NCBI RefSeq assembly: GCF_029504745.1
Contig: NZ_JAQFIQ010000019.1
Span: 12,294 to 44,293, forward strand
Length of the DNA stretch: 32,000 bases
Reading direction: 5' to 3'
Origin: Breznakia sp. PF5-3
GTDB lineage: Bacteria; Bacillota_I; Bacilli_A; Erysipelotrichales; Erysipelotrichaceae
Shown here in pieces: positions 16,032-24,829 of this stretch. The notes under the pieces are model-generated. The model made no database searches. It saw only the letters and a program-made list of their open reading frames with translations, and was not told where the DNA came from. Numbering within the stretch: position 1 is the stretch's first letter; each line of letters begins with the position of its first letter. The position numbers and the translations under genes were made by a program.

Positions 16032-18023
16032 ATGGATTTAAAAGATATTAAAGTGACACCAAAGAAGATTGAAATCTTAAATAGTATGGGAATTGATAGT
16101 GTGGAGAGTCTTATTACACATTATCCTTTTCGTTATGAAGAAAATGCAATAAAACCTTTTTCAAAGTGGGAAAAGGATGAAAAAGTATTTTTTGAAGGAT
16201 TGATTATATCGGCTCCTAGACTATCACGGTTTGGATATAAGAAGAGTGTTACGCGATTTAAAGTTTTATATGATGATGAAGAGATTAATCTAACTCTGTT
16301 TAATCGCCCTTGGATTCAGAGTTTTAAGCTTAATAATATAATTACTATTTCTGGAAAATATGAAGGAAATAATAAAGTGACAGTTATGCAATATAATTCT
16401 CAGCCAATTGAAGAACAGTTAGGAATAATTCCGGTATATAATGTAAAAGATGGAATATCTCAAAAAGATTTGCGTAAGTATATGAAAAATGCTTTGGAGA
16501 AGGAGACGATTCATAATTTTATACCAGAAAATTTACAGAAGAAGTACAAGCTGATTCATAAACAAGAAGCTCTTCAATATATTCATTTCCCTCTTTCACA
16601 CGAAGCTTTAAAGCAGAGTGTACGGTGTTTAAAATATGAAGAATTTTTAAAATTTCAATTAAAAATACAATATTATAGACATCAAAATGAAGCAGTTACG
16701 AAAGTGGCAAAAGCTTTTAAACGAAATAAGATAAACGATGTTATTGATACGTTGCCATTTACTTTAACAAGCGATCAAATACAAGCCATTGATGATATTT
16801 TAAATGACTTAAGCAGTTCTAGAATCATGTATCGATTAATTCAAGGGGATGTAGGAAGTGGAAAAACGTTAGTGGCAGTGATGGCTATGTATGCTTGTGC
16901 ATTAGCTGGACAACAAGCAGCTTTTTTGGCACCAACAGAAATTTTAGCGAAACAGCATGCGAACAATGTGAAAAAGGTATTGAACGAATATGATATAAAC
17001 ATAGAATTATTATATTCATCGTTGCCTAATAAAGAAAAGTTAGCAATATGTGAACGTCTAGAGGCAGGAGAAATTGATATTTTGATTGGTACTCATGCAT
17101 TGTTTCAAGATGGAGTGAATTATCATAATCTTGGTTTGGTTATTGCGGATGAGCAACATCGTTTTGGGGTTGAGCAAAGAAGAAAACTTTTAGACAAAGG
17201 AGAGGATGTTGATTTCTTATTAATGAGTGCAACACCAATTCCAAGAACTTTAGCTACATCTTTATATGGTGATATGGATGTTAGTACGATAGAAGAATTG
17301 CCAAAAGGGAGAAAAGAAATCATTACAACGTTGGTAAAGGAAAATAGTATGCGTAGTTTTTTGAAAGATGTATTGGATTACATCGATGAAGGAAATCAAT
17401 GCTATATCGTTTGTCCTGCAATTGAACGTAATGATGAATATGTAATGCGTAATGTAGAGGAATTATATAAAAATATGAAAGATACATTGCCTTCGAAATA
17501 TCGTTTGCATTATTTACATGGAAAAATGTCAACTGAGGAAAAAGATGATATTATGCAAGCATTTGTAAATAAAGAATTTGATATATTAATCGCTACTAGT
17601 GTTATTGAAGTAGGGGTTGATGTAAGAGATGCAAATATTATGGTCATTTATGATGCTCAACGGTTTGGAATGAGTCAGATTCATCAGTTGCGAGGACGTG
17701 TAGGGCGAGGAGATCGTCAAGGATATTGTTACTTATTAACAAATAGTAAAGACCCAGATTCTTTAAAACGACTTGAAATTTTATGTGAAAGTAGTGATGG
17801 GTTTGAAATATCACGACAAGATTTACTAATTCGAGGTCCTGGTGACTTGTTAGGGAAGCGCCAAAGTGGGATACCAGGTTTTATTCTTGGAGATATTATC
17901 ATGGATCATAACATTCTTGATGTTGCGAAAGAGGATGCAGAATATTTGTTACAGCATATTTCGCAATATCCACATATTCAAAAATACATTTCGAAAAAGG
18001 AATTAACTTCTTTTATCGATTAG
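16032..18023 (+). CDS. recG: ATP-dependent DNA helicase RecG
   Basis: 663 aa with an N-terminal wedge region ('HYPFRYE'). Helicase motifs are 'GDVGSGKT', 'IADEQHRFG', 'MSATPIPRT' and 'QLRGRVGRG', plus the TRG-like 'GDLLGKRQSG'. Confidence 0.93.
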   Translation: MDLKDIKVTPKKIEILNSMGIDSVESLITHYPFRYEENAIKPFSKWEKDEKVFFEGLIISAPRLSRFGYKKSVTRFKVLYDDEEINLTLFNRPWIQSFKLNNIITISGKYEGNNKVTVMQYNSQPIEEQLGIIPVYNVKDGISQKDLRKYMKNALEKETIHNFIPENLQKKYKLIHKQEALQYIHFPLSHEALKQSVRCLKYEEFLKFQLKIQYYRHQNEAVTKVAKAFKRNKINDVIDTLPFTLTSDQIQAIDDILNDLSSSRIMYRLIQGDVGSGKTLVAVMAMYACALAGQQAAFLAPTEILAKQHANNVKKVLNEYDINIELLYSSLPNKEKLAICERLEAGEIDILIGTHALFQDGVNYHNLGLVIADEQHRFGVEQRRKLLDKGEDVDFLLMSATPIPRTLATSLYGDMDVSTIEELPKGRKEIITTLVKENSMRSFLKDVLDYIDEGNQCYIVCPAIERNDEYVMRNVEELYKNMKDTLPSKYRLHYLHGKMSTEEKDDIMQAFVNKEFDILIATSVIEVGVDVRDANIMVIYDAQRFGMSQIHQLRGRVGRGDRQGYCYLLTNSKDPDSLKRLEILCESSDGFEISRQDLLIRGPGDLLGKRQSGIPGFILGDIIMDHNILDVAKEDAEYLLQHISQYPHIQKYISKKELTSFID

Positions 18024-18050
18024 TATATACTAGTTACAAGGAGATAATTT

Positions 18051-18734
18051 ATGGACACTATATTTACATGGATGGATCAACATAAGATTCCATATAAAAA
18101 TAAAGAATATTTAAAACAAGCGTGTGTACATACTTCGTATTTGAATGAACATTCTACAGTTCATGGGGATAATGAAAGACTTGAGTTCATTGGTGATGCA
18201 GTTTTACAATTATGGGTAACAAATGCTTTGTTTCACCATGTTCCTGAGTTTGATGAAGGAGTTATGACAACGCTGAGAAGTCAATTGGTTAGAGAAGAGG
18301 CGCTTGCTATATATTGTCGGACACTTGGATGGGATCAATATTTACTATTAGGTATTGGTGAAGAAAAGAGTGGTGGAAGAAAGCGAAATTCATTATTGAG
18401 TGATTTATTTGAGGCCATTTTAGGTGCTGTATATTTAGATGTTGGATATAAATATATCAATAAAATTTTAAAACCACTTATAACACCTGTAATAGATGCA
18501 CCAAAAGAAGATAGTGTAGTTGATTATAAGACAAAGTTACAAGAGTGTATCCAAGCTGATACAAGAAAGACGGTAACTTATCATTTGATTAAAACGACTG
18601 GTCCTAGTAATAATCCTAGTTTTTTAATTGAAGTAAAACTAGATGATATTATCTTAGGAAGAGGAGAAGGTTCTTCAAAGAAAAAAGCAGAACAACAAGC
18701 TGCGAAGGATGCATTTTTAAAAATGGCAAAATAG
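18051..18734 (+). CDS. rnc: Ribonuclease III
   Basis: 227 aa with the signature 'ERLEFIGDAVL' and a C-terminal dsRBD ('GEGSSKKKAEQQAAKDAF'). SD AAGGAG upstream. Confidence 0.93.
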   Translation: MDTIFTWMDQHKIPYKNKEYLKQACVHTSYLNEHSTVHGDNERLEFIGDAVLQLWVTNALFHHVPEFDEGVMTTLRSQLVREEALAIYCRTLGWDQYLLLGIGEEKSGGRKRNSLLSDLFEAILGAVYLDVGYKYINKILKPLITPVIDAPKEDSVVDYKTKLQECIQADTRKTVTYHLIKTTGPSNNPSFLIEVKLDDIILGRGEGSSKKKAEQQAAKDAFLKMAK

Positions 18735-18861
18735 GTTTATTGATATAACATGAGTCAGGGTGAGCAAATGATCAAATTTATTCAATTTAATATCTTTAAA
18801 TTGGAAAAACATGATGATTTGAATTGGTTATATTTATTTTGAAAAATAGTTAGGGGCACTT

Positions 18862-19815
18862 ATGATTTATTTAGAATATGGTATATTGGCATTATTGACA
18901 GTGTTTTTGTCAACAAAATTAGCGGGTTATGTGGATGCACTAGATAAAAAAACATCTTTATCTGGTGCGTTTATTGGTGGCGTATTGCTCGCAGCTGTAA
19001 CTTCACTGCCGGAGTTGTTTACTTCCTTGACGGCAGTTTTTTCATTGCATGAACCTGCTTTGGTAGAAGGGAACGTGTTAGGAAGTAATATTTTCAATTT
19101 ATCCATTCTTGGAGTATTGATGCTTACGTATCGAAAAAAGTTTATGAAAGCAAAGATTGATAAATCAAATAGTTCTTCTTTATTGTTTGCTATTTTAATG
19201 TATGGATGTACTATTGCAGCATTATTATTGGATAGCAACATAAATATCTTTGGTTTTCATGTTGATATTTTTACGATTATTCTAATTATCATCTATGCTA
19301 TTTCAGTAAAGACAATGAGCGACGATAATAGTGAAGAGGAAGGAACAACAGATGTTTCACTTACTGTGAAGCAAATTGCCATTCGGTTTGTAATATTTGC
19401 CTTATTATTGGTTGCTGTATCCATTATTTTAACCCAAGTATCTGATAAGCTTTCAAAAGAATTATCACTTGGTTCAACCGTAGGAGGAGCTATTTTCTTA
19501 GGTGTTGCAACATCGTTACCAGAATTAAGTGCTTCTGTTTCACTTGTGAAAATGAATAATTTTAATGCTTCCACAGGGAACATCGTAGGAAGCTGTGTAT
19601 TTAATTTTATGATTCTTTGCTTTGCAGATATTTTATATACGGGATCCGGAATCTATTCTTATAATCGAGAAGCGATTCTCTTTGCAGGGTGTGGGATAGT
19701 TGCATCGCTCATTACTTATTTTGGGTTACGACATAAAAACAAATCGTTATGGGTTTATTTTAGTGGTGCAGGTATAGTTGTTATGTATTTGGTTAGCATT
19801 GTCTTTTCAATATGA
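18862..19815 (+). CDS. Ca2+/cation antiporter (CaCA, YrbG-like) family membrane protein
   Basis: 317 aa and polytopic. It has two alpha-repeat signatures, 'GNVLGSNIFNL' and 'GNIVGSCVFNF', each preceded by 'TSLPEL'. Confidence 0.8.
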   Translation: MIYLEYGILALLTVFLSTKLAGYVDALDKKTSLSGAFIGGVLLAAVTSLPELFTSLTAVFSLHEPALVEGNVLGSNIFNLSILGVLMLTYRKKFMKAKIDKSNSSSLLFAILMYGCTIAALLLDSNINIFGFHVDIFTIILIIIYAISVKTMSDDNSEEEGTTDVSLTVKQIAIRFVIFALLLVAVSIILTQVSDKLSKELSLGSTVGGAIFLGVATSLPELSASVSLVKMNNFNASTGNIVGSCVFNFMILCFADILYTGSGIYSYNREAILFAGCGIVASLITYFGLRHKNKSLWVYFSGAGIVVMYLVSIVFSI

Positions 19816-19865
19816 TATTTTCTTTTGAAAAGAGCAGGAAGATAGTAAAAAAACAGATAGTATTA

Positions 19866-19874
19866 TGGTATAAT
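19866..19874 (+). promoter_or_regulatory. Extended -10 promoter of polC
   Basis: TGgTATAAT preceded by TA (TATG), 25 nt upstream of the polC ATG. Confidence 0.55.
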
Positions 19875-19899
19875 TTCAAGGAAGAAAAGAGTGTGAAGT

Positions 19900-22800
19900 A
19901 TGGAGCATAAAGTATATGATCTAGCCAGACAAATAGGTATGGATGAAAGTGAGCTGAAATCTTTTGAAAAAGCAGTTTTTATAGAAAAACCTGCTTTTTA
20001 TAAAGCCCAAAATCGGATTGTCTTATATATTGAATTCGAACAACTATTGGATTATCAAGTATATGATATTTTTGTAAGTAAGTTAATTCGTCAATTACAA
20101 TGTAAAGTGGATTTGAAAATGAAAATCACGAATCCGGAATATGCAATTGTAAACATTAATAAATATATTCGTCATATTGTAAATAACAATGGGAAATTGA
20201 ATGTTTTTATTAGTGTGTTTCCTAGCTTAGAAAATGATACTTTAGTATATCGTTATCAAAGTATTGAAGAACAACAAAGCGCAAATGAACTTGTGGAAGA
20301 GTTGGTTCAAGAATTGCATCGATTTGGAATTATATTAACAGTTGATGTTACCCAACTTAATATGGATGAAAAAATTAGAGAAGCTGAAATTCAGTTGATG
20401 GAAAAACCAGCTGTGGTTCAGCAAGAGAAAAAAGAAATGACCTATCAGCCACGAAAGAAAATTAATGATTATCCAATTATAGGAATCAAAGATTTGAGTG
20501 AAGGAATCAGTGAAGTAAAGATTCAAGGAAAGATATTTGAAATTGATAATCGTGTGATGAGAAATGGAAAGATTGCGCAAAGCTTGTATATTTGTGATGA
20601 TGAGGAAGCGATTGTAATTCAACGTTTTGAGCGTGGCAAACTAACAAAAGAAATTTTAGAAGAGATAAAAGAGAATGATTATGTGGTTGCTTCAGGGAGA
20701 GTAGAATATAATCAATATCGTCGTGAAAATATTTTTGTGCCACAAACAATTGAAAAAATTATCGTACCACAAAAGCAAGATACAGCTGAGCGAAAACGCG
20801 TGGAACTACATTTGCATACTAAATTAAGTGAGATGGATGGAGTTAGTTCAATTGAAGAATATATAAAGCAGGCAAATACATGGGGTCATGATGCCATTTC
20901 AATTACTGATCATAATGTTGTACAAGCATATCCAACAGCGCAACGGATTGTAAGTAAAATCAATATGGGACGTGAAAAGCCTTTTAAAATGATTTATGGT
21001 GTTGAGATGAGCATGATTGATAACACATTTGATGTTGTTTATAATCCAGATAATCGCGAATTAGAAAGTGCAACATATTGTGTGTTTGACCTTGAGACAA
21101 CAGGCTTGTCAACAAAATATGATCATATTATTGAGTTTGGTGCAACATTGATAGAAAATCGAGTTGTGAAAGATACGATGCAAATGTTCATCAAGCCACC
21201 AATTGCGATTTCAAGTCATATTAGTGAACTTACCAACATCACAAATAGTGATGTTGAACAAGCTCCCACTTTAGAAGAAGCAATGCCCAAGATTTTAGCG
21301 TTTATTGGAGATAGTGTCTTGGTTGCTCATAATGCCAGTTTTGATGTTAACTTCCTTAACGATTCTTTGACGCGTTTACATATGGAAAAAATCAATAATC
21401 CAGTCATTGACACCCTTGATTTAGCAAAAGCACTAATTAAAGATCGTAGGGGATATCGCTTAGGGAATGTAGCGCGATATTACAAAATTAAGTACGATGC
21501 AGATGTTGCTCACCGTGCTGATTATGATGCGAATATATTATCCGAAGTATTGTTACATATGTTGAATGATTTAAAGGATAAGAAGACAATTGCAGATCTT
21601 TGTAGTTTAAATAAAGAAGTAAGTTATGGTTCTATTCGTGATAAACATGTGACCATTTTAGCGAAAAATGAAGCAGGAATAAAAGATATTTTTGATTTAG
21701 TTTCTATGAGTCATACGACTTATTTAGCAGAGGTTGGGAAAAGTAATAACAAACCAATTTGTGCACCGAGAATCATTCGTGAAGAAGTGATGAAGAAAAG
21801 AGCTTTAGGAAATATATTGATTGGCTCTAGTTGTCTTAATTCTGAAGTTTTTGAAGCAGCTCATACAAGAGGTGATGAGCATTTAAAAAAGCTTATGGAA
21901 TTTTATGACTATATAGAAGTACAACCATTAGAAAATTATCGTCATATGATTCAACTTGGTTCAATTCGCGATGAAGATCAACTGAAATTAATTTTAAAAA
22001 CGATGATTGATATGGGAAAAGAGCTTGGTAAAGTGGTCGTTGCAAGTGGAGATGCCCATTATGTTCGTGAAGATCACAAACAAATTCGAGATGTGTTTAT
22101 TAATGCACAAGGGATTGGTGGGGTTCGCCATCCATTATATATATATAATCGTGAAAAGCGCTTACGGATTCCATCACCCAAACAACATTTTAGAACGACT
22201 AATGAAATGTTAGAAACTTTTGCTTTTTTAGGGCAACAGGAAGCGTATGAAATTGTTGTTGAAAACACAAATAAGATTAAAGATATGATAGGGTTTGTAG
22301 AACCGATTAAGAGTGACTTGTATCCACCTCATATTGAAGGATGTGCAAAATTGTTAAGTGATCTTTGTATGGATACAGCACATAGTATTTATGGTGAAGT
22401 ATTACCTACCATTGTAGAAGAACGATTGAATAAAGAATTACAAAGTATTATTGGGAATGGTTTTGAGGTTGTATATTATGTATCTCATTTATTGGTGAAG
22501 CAATCGTTAGATGATGGTTATTTGGTTGGGTCACGTGGGTCAGTAGGGTCTAGTTTTGCGGCAACGATGGCTAATATTACAGAGGTAAATCCATTGGCGC
22601 CACACTATATCTGTCCACATTGTCAGTACAGTGAGTTTGTTCCTGAAGGAGAAGTACAATCAGGTTTTGACTTACCAGCTAAGAAATGTCCGAAATGTGG
22701 ACATGAGTTGGTTGGAGAAGGTCAAAACATTCCCTTTGAAACATTCCTTGGCTTTGAGGGGGACAAAGTTCCGGATATTGATTTGAACTTCTCTGGAGAA

Positions 22801-24225
22801 TATCAAGAGAAAGCACATAAATTTCTTCAAGAATATTTTGGTGAAGAAAATGCATATCGCGCAGGAACAATTGCAACGGTTGCTAGTAAAACGGCGTTTG
22901 GTTATGTAAAAGGGTATTGCGAAGAGATGGACATGGAAGGTAAAATGTCGAATGCTCGCACCACCTATGTAGCAAAAGAGTGTGATGGTGTTCGTCGTAG
23001 TACTGGACAACATCCAGGAGGGATCATTGTATTCCCACAAGATATGGATGTGAGTGAGTTCACACCTGTTCAATACCCATCAAACAATCCTAATGAAGAT
23101 ATGAAAACAACCCATTTGGATTATCATGATATCGAGCAAAATGTATTAAAGTTTGATATTTTGGGACACGTTGATCCTACAGCGATGAAAATCTTAGAAG
23201 AGATGAGCGGGGTCGATGTCCGAAAGATTCCAATGAACGATACAGAAACGATGGCAATTTTTTCTAATGTCGAATCTTTAAATATTGATACGACAAAGAA
23301 TGTTGAGAAAACTGGAGCAGCAGGAATCCCAGAATTTGGTACACCTTTTGTACGAGGTATTTTAGAAATAACAAAACCTACTACATTTGAAGAGTTGCTA
23401 AAGATTTCAGGTTTATCACATGGAACCGATGTTTGGTTAAATAATGCAAAAGACTTGATTGATAATAAAACTTGTACTTTGAAAGAAGTAATCGGATGTC
23501 GTGATGATATTATGGTGTACTTGATGCAAAAAGGTATGGAACCTAAGTTGGCCTTTACAATCATGGAAAGTGTTCGTAAAGGTCGTGGATTACGTCCTGA
23601 GTGGATCAAAGAGATGAAGGCAAACAATGTTGAAGATTACTACATTGATTCTTGTGAGAAAATTAAATATATGTTCCCGAAAGCACATGCTGTAGCATAT
23701 GTAACAATGGCAGTGAGGATTGCATGGTTCAAAGTGCATAAACCACTTCATTATTACTGTATGTTCTTCTCTATTCGTTGTGATGCTTATGATATTGAGA
23801 CAATGGTAAAAGGAGAGGCTAGCATCAAAGCGAAAATGAGTGATATTAGAAATAGATTAAATAACCCTGAAACAAAACGTGATGTTTCAGATAAGGATAA
23901 GAATGTATATTCATCTTTAGAGTTGGCATTAGAGATGGTTTTGCGTGGATATCGAGTACAAAATATTGATATTAATAAATCACAGGCAACGCGTTATGTT
24001 ATTGATGAAGATCATCCGAATTCGATAATCCCTTCTTTTGTTAGTGTAGATGGATTAGGAGAGAATGTTGCTTTGAGTATTGTAGAAGCACGTAAAGACC
24101 ATTCGTTTATTTCGAAACAAGATTTACTAAATCGAACGTTGCTAAGTTCAACATTGGTAAAAAAATTAGAAGCACTTGGCGTCTTGAATGGATTGCAAGA
24201 TGAAAACCAAATGGCATTGTTTTAA
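19900..24225 (+). CDS. polC: DNA polymerase III alpha subunit, PolC type
   Basis: 1441 aa. It has PHP 'VELHLHTKLSEMDG', embedded DEDDh exonuclease motifs 'FDLETTGLS', 'AHNASFDVNF' and 'HRADYDA', the Zn module 'CPHCQYSEF...CPKCGHEL', and the polymerase core 'PDIDLNF'. Confidence 0.97.
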   Translation: MEHKVYDLARQIGMDESELKSFEKAVFIEKPAFYKAQNRIVLYIEFEQLLDYQVYDIFVSKLIRQLQCKVDLKMKITNPEYAIVNINKYIRHIVNNNGKLNVFISVFPSLENDTLVYRYQSIEEQQSANELVEELVQELHRFGIILTVDVTQLNMDEKIREAEIQLMEKPAVVQQEKKEMTYQPRKKINDYPIIGIKDLSEGISEVKIQGKIFEIDNRVMRNGKIAQSLYICDDEEAIVIQRFERGKLTKEILEEIKENDYVVASGRVEYNQYRRENIFVPQTIEKIIVPQKQDTAERKRVELHLHTKLSEMDGVSSIEEYIKQANTWGHDAISITDHNVVQAYPTAQRIVSKINMGREKPFKMIYGVEMSMIDNTFDVVYNPDNRELESATYCVFDLETTGLSTKYDHIIEFGATLIENRVVKDTMQMFIKPPIAISSHISELTNITNSDVEQAPTLEEAMPKILAFIGDSVLVAHNASFDVNFLNDSLTRLHMEKINNPVIDTLDLAKALIKDRRGYRLGNVARYYKIKYDADVAHRADYDANILSEVLLHMLNDLKDKKTIADLCSLNKEVSYGSIRDKHVTILAKNEAGIKDIFDLVSMSHTTYLAEVGKSNNKPICAPRIIREEVMKKRALGNILIGSSCLNSEVFEAAHTRGDEHLKKLMEFYDYIEVQPLENYRHMIQLGSIRDEDQLKLILKTMIDMGKELGKVVVASGDAHYVREDHKQIRDVFINAQGIGGVRHPLYIYNREKRLRIPSPKQHFRTTNEMLETFAFLGQQEAYEIVVENTNKIKDMIGFVEPIKSDLYPPHIEGCAKLLSDLCMDTAHSIYGEVLPTIVEERLNKELQSIIGNGFEVVYYVSHLLVKQSLDDGYLVGSRGSVGSSFAATMANITEVNPLAPHYICPHCQYSEFVPEGEVQSGFDLPAKKCPKCGHELVGEGQNIPFETFLGFEGDKVPDIDLNFSGEYQEKAHKFLQEYFGEENAYRAGTIATVASKTAFGYVKGYCEEMDMEGKMSNARTTYVAKECDGVRRSTGQHPGGIIVFPQDMDVSEFTPVQYPSNNPNEDMKTTHLDYHDIEQNVLKFDILGHVDPTAMKILEEMSGVDVRKIPMNDTETMAIFSNVESLNIDTTKNVEKTGAAGIPEFGTPFVRGILEITKPTTFEELLKISGLSHGTDVWLNNAKDLIDNKTCTLKEVIGCRDDIMVYLMQKGMEPKLAFTIMESVRKGRGLRPEWIKEMKANNVEDYYIDSCEKIKYMFPKAHAVAYVTMAVRIAWFKVHKPLHYYCMFFSIRCDAYDIETMVKGEASIKAKMSDIRNRLNNPETKRDVSDKDKNVYSSLELALEMVLRGYRVQNIDINKSQATRYVIDEDHPNSIIPSFVSVDGLGENVALSIVEARKDHSFISKQDLLNRTLLSSTLVKKLEALGVLNGLQDENQMALF

Positions 24226-24239
24226 ATGGGGGGGATTAT

Positions 24240-24581
24240 ATGGAAACAAAGAAACTAATACTAACAAGTCCAGATGCTTTTACAATATTTGAAAAATTAA
24301 AAGGAAGGCTAAAGGAAAATAGCAATGAAGTAGAGATTGTTACATTCAATCGAGAAAGTGTCAAGGTATTCATTGCGGTAAAGGAGAAATACTTCTTGCG
24401 AACAAACTCCAGTGCTTCATTAACGTATTCAATTTTTTGTGAAGATAATCTTATTCAAGCGGTTGTATGCGCAAGTGGTGCAGGGGCTGGTTGGTTGAAC
24501 CTTTCATATGGTGCCACATCAAAGCTTATGAAAGATGCGGTTCGTTTACTGGTAGATGAAGGTTTCAAAGAACAGACTTAA
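24240..24581 (+). CDS. Hypothetical protein, 113 aa, co-transcribed with polC
   Basis: The ORF starts 14 nt after the polC stop behind a G7 tract acting as SD (24228-24234). It ends at a strong terminator. It has no TM or signal peptide and a Gly-rich 'CASGAGAGWLNLSYGA' segment. I do not confidently recognise the family. Confidence 0.6.
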   Translation: METKKLILTSPDAFTIFEKLKGRLKENSNEVEIVTFNRESVKVFIAVKEKYFLRTNSSASLTYSIFCEDNLIQAVVCASGAGAGWLNLSYGATSKLMKDAVRLLVDEGFKEQT

Positions 24582-24607
24582 AAAGTGCTGAAAAAGCACT
24601 TTTTTTC
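24580..24607 (+). terminator. Rho-independent terminator of the polC unit
   Basis: AAAAAGTGCT (24580-24589) pairs with AGCACTTTTT (24595-24604), with a 5-nt loop and a T-run to 24606. Confidence 0.85.
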
Positions 24608-24770
24608 TTGTGAAGCTATTATGGAGTTCTAAATGTTTTTATCGTAAAAAGTGTCTTTTGTGAAAGCTTAATCACCTGAAACGGATTAGTACATTTCATG
24701 TGAGATAAAACAAATTGAAAATAAAATTAATAATTCATTAAAAACACTATGCAAAAGTGTTTTTTTTATA

Positions 24771-24776
24771 TATAAT
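24771..24776 (+). promoter_or_regulatory. Candidate -10 box of the dcw (mraZ) promoter
   Basis: Perfect TATAAT within 'tatatataat', preceded by a T-rich tract. No clear -35. Confidence 0.5.
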
Positions 24777-24821
24777 AGTGGTAGAAAGTAGTAAAAAGTA
24801 GCGAAAAATGGCGGGAAGTGG
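24777..24821 (+). promoter_or_regulatory. Five 10-bp-phased direct repeats: candidate MraZ binding array
   Basis: AGTGG at 24777, AGTAG at 24787, AGTAG at 24797, AATGG at 24807 and AGTGG at 24817. The register is exactly 10 bp with A-rich spacers. The array lies between the -10 box and the mraZ SD/ATG. Confidence 0.65.
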
Positions 24822-24829
24822 GTGAAAAT

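Noticed and set aside
18021-18032. A perfect 12-bp palindrome, TAGTATATACTA, at the recG stop codon.
   Set aside because: It is a pure AT-rich palindrome with no loop and no T-run. Such sequences are expected by chance in this composition, and it is not a credible terminator or operator on its own.
18750-18842. A 30-codon ORF (MSQGEQMIKFIQFNIFKLEKHDDLNWLYLF) in the 127-nt AT-rich gap between rnc and the CaCA gene. A possible leader peptide or riboswitch was considered.
   Set aside because: There is no SD before its ATG. There are no conserved-looking GC-rich helices expected of a riboswitch and no terminator/antiterminator alternative. The gap more likely just holds a weak promoter (TTGAAT at 18819-18824).
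23124-23627. Long antisense ORFs inside well-supported genes. Examples: 167 aa opposite polC (this one), 133 aa at 22672-23073, 151 aa opposite mraY at 29129-29584, 104 and 96 aa opposite the CaCA gene, 110 aa at 454-786, and 97 aa at 2635-2928.
   Set aside because: Each lies entirely within a gene with clear motifs on the other strand. None has an SD or promoter. Their compositions are odd (Ser/Ile/Phe/Cys-rich), typical of shadow frames. They are most simply explained as codon-complement artefacts.
24740-24768. A terminator-like hairpin (AAAAACACT / AGTGTTTTT plus T-run) abutting the mraZ -10 box. This raised the idea of a small RNA or attenuator in the 24608-24770 gap. TTGTGAA(A)GCT also occurs twice, at 24607-24617 and 24657-24668.
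   Set aside because: The stem has only two G-C pairs and is mostly A-U. There is no convincing promoter upstream in the gap. The right arm is itself an AAAGTGT MraZ-like box, which explains it better. Kept only as context for the MraZ finding.
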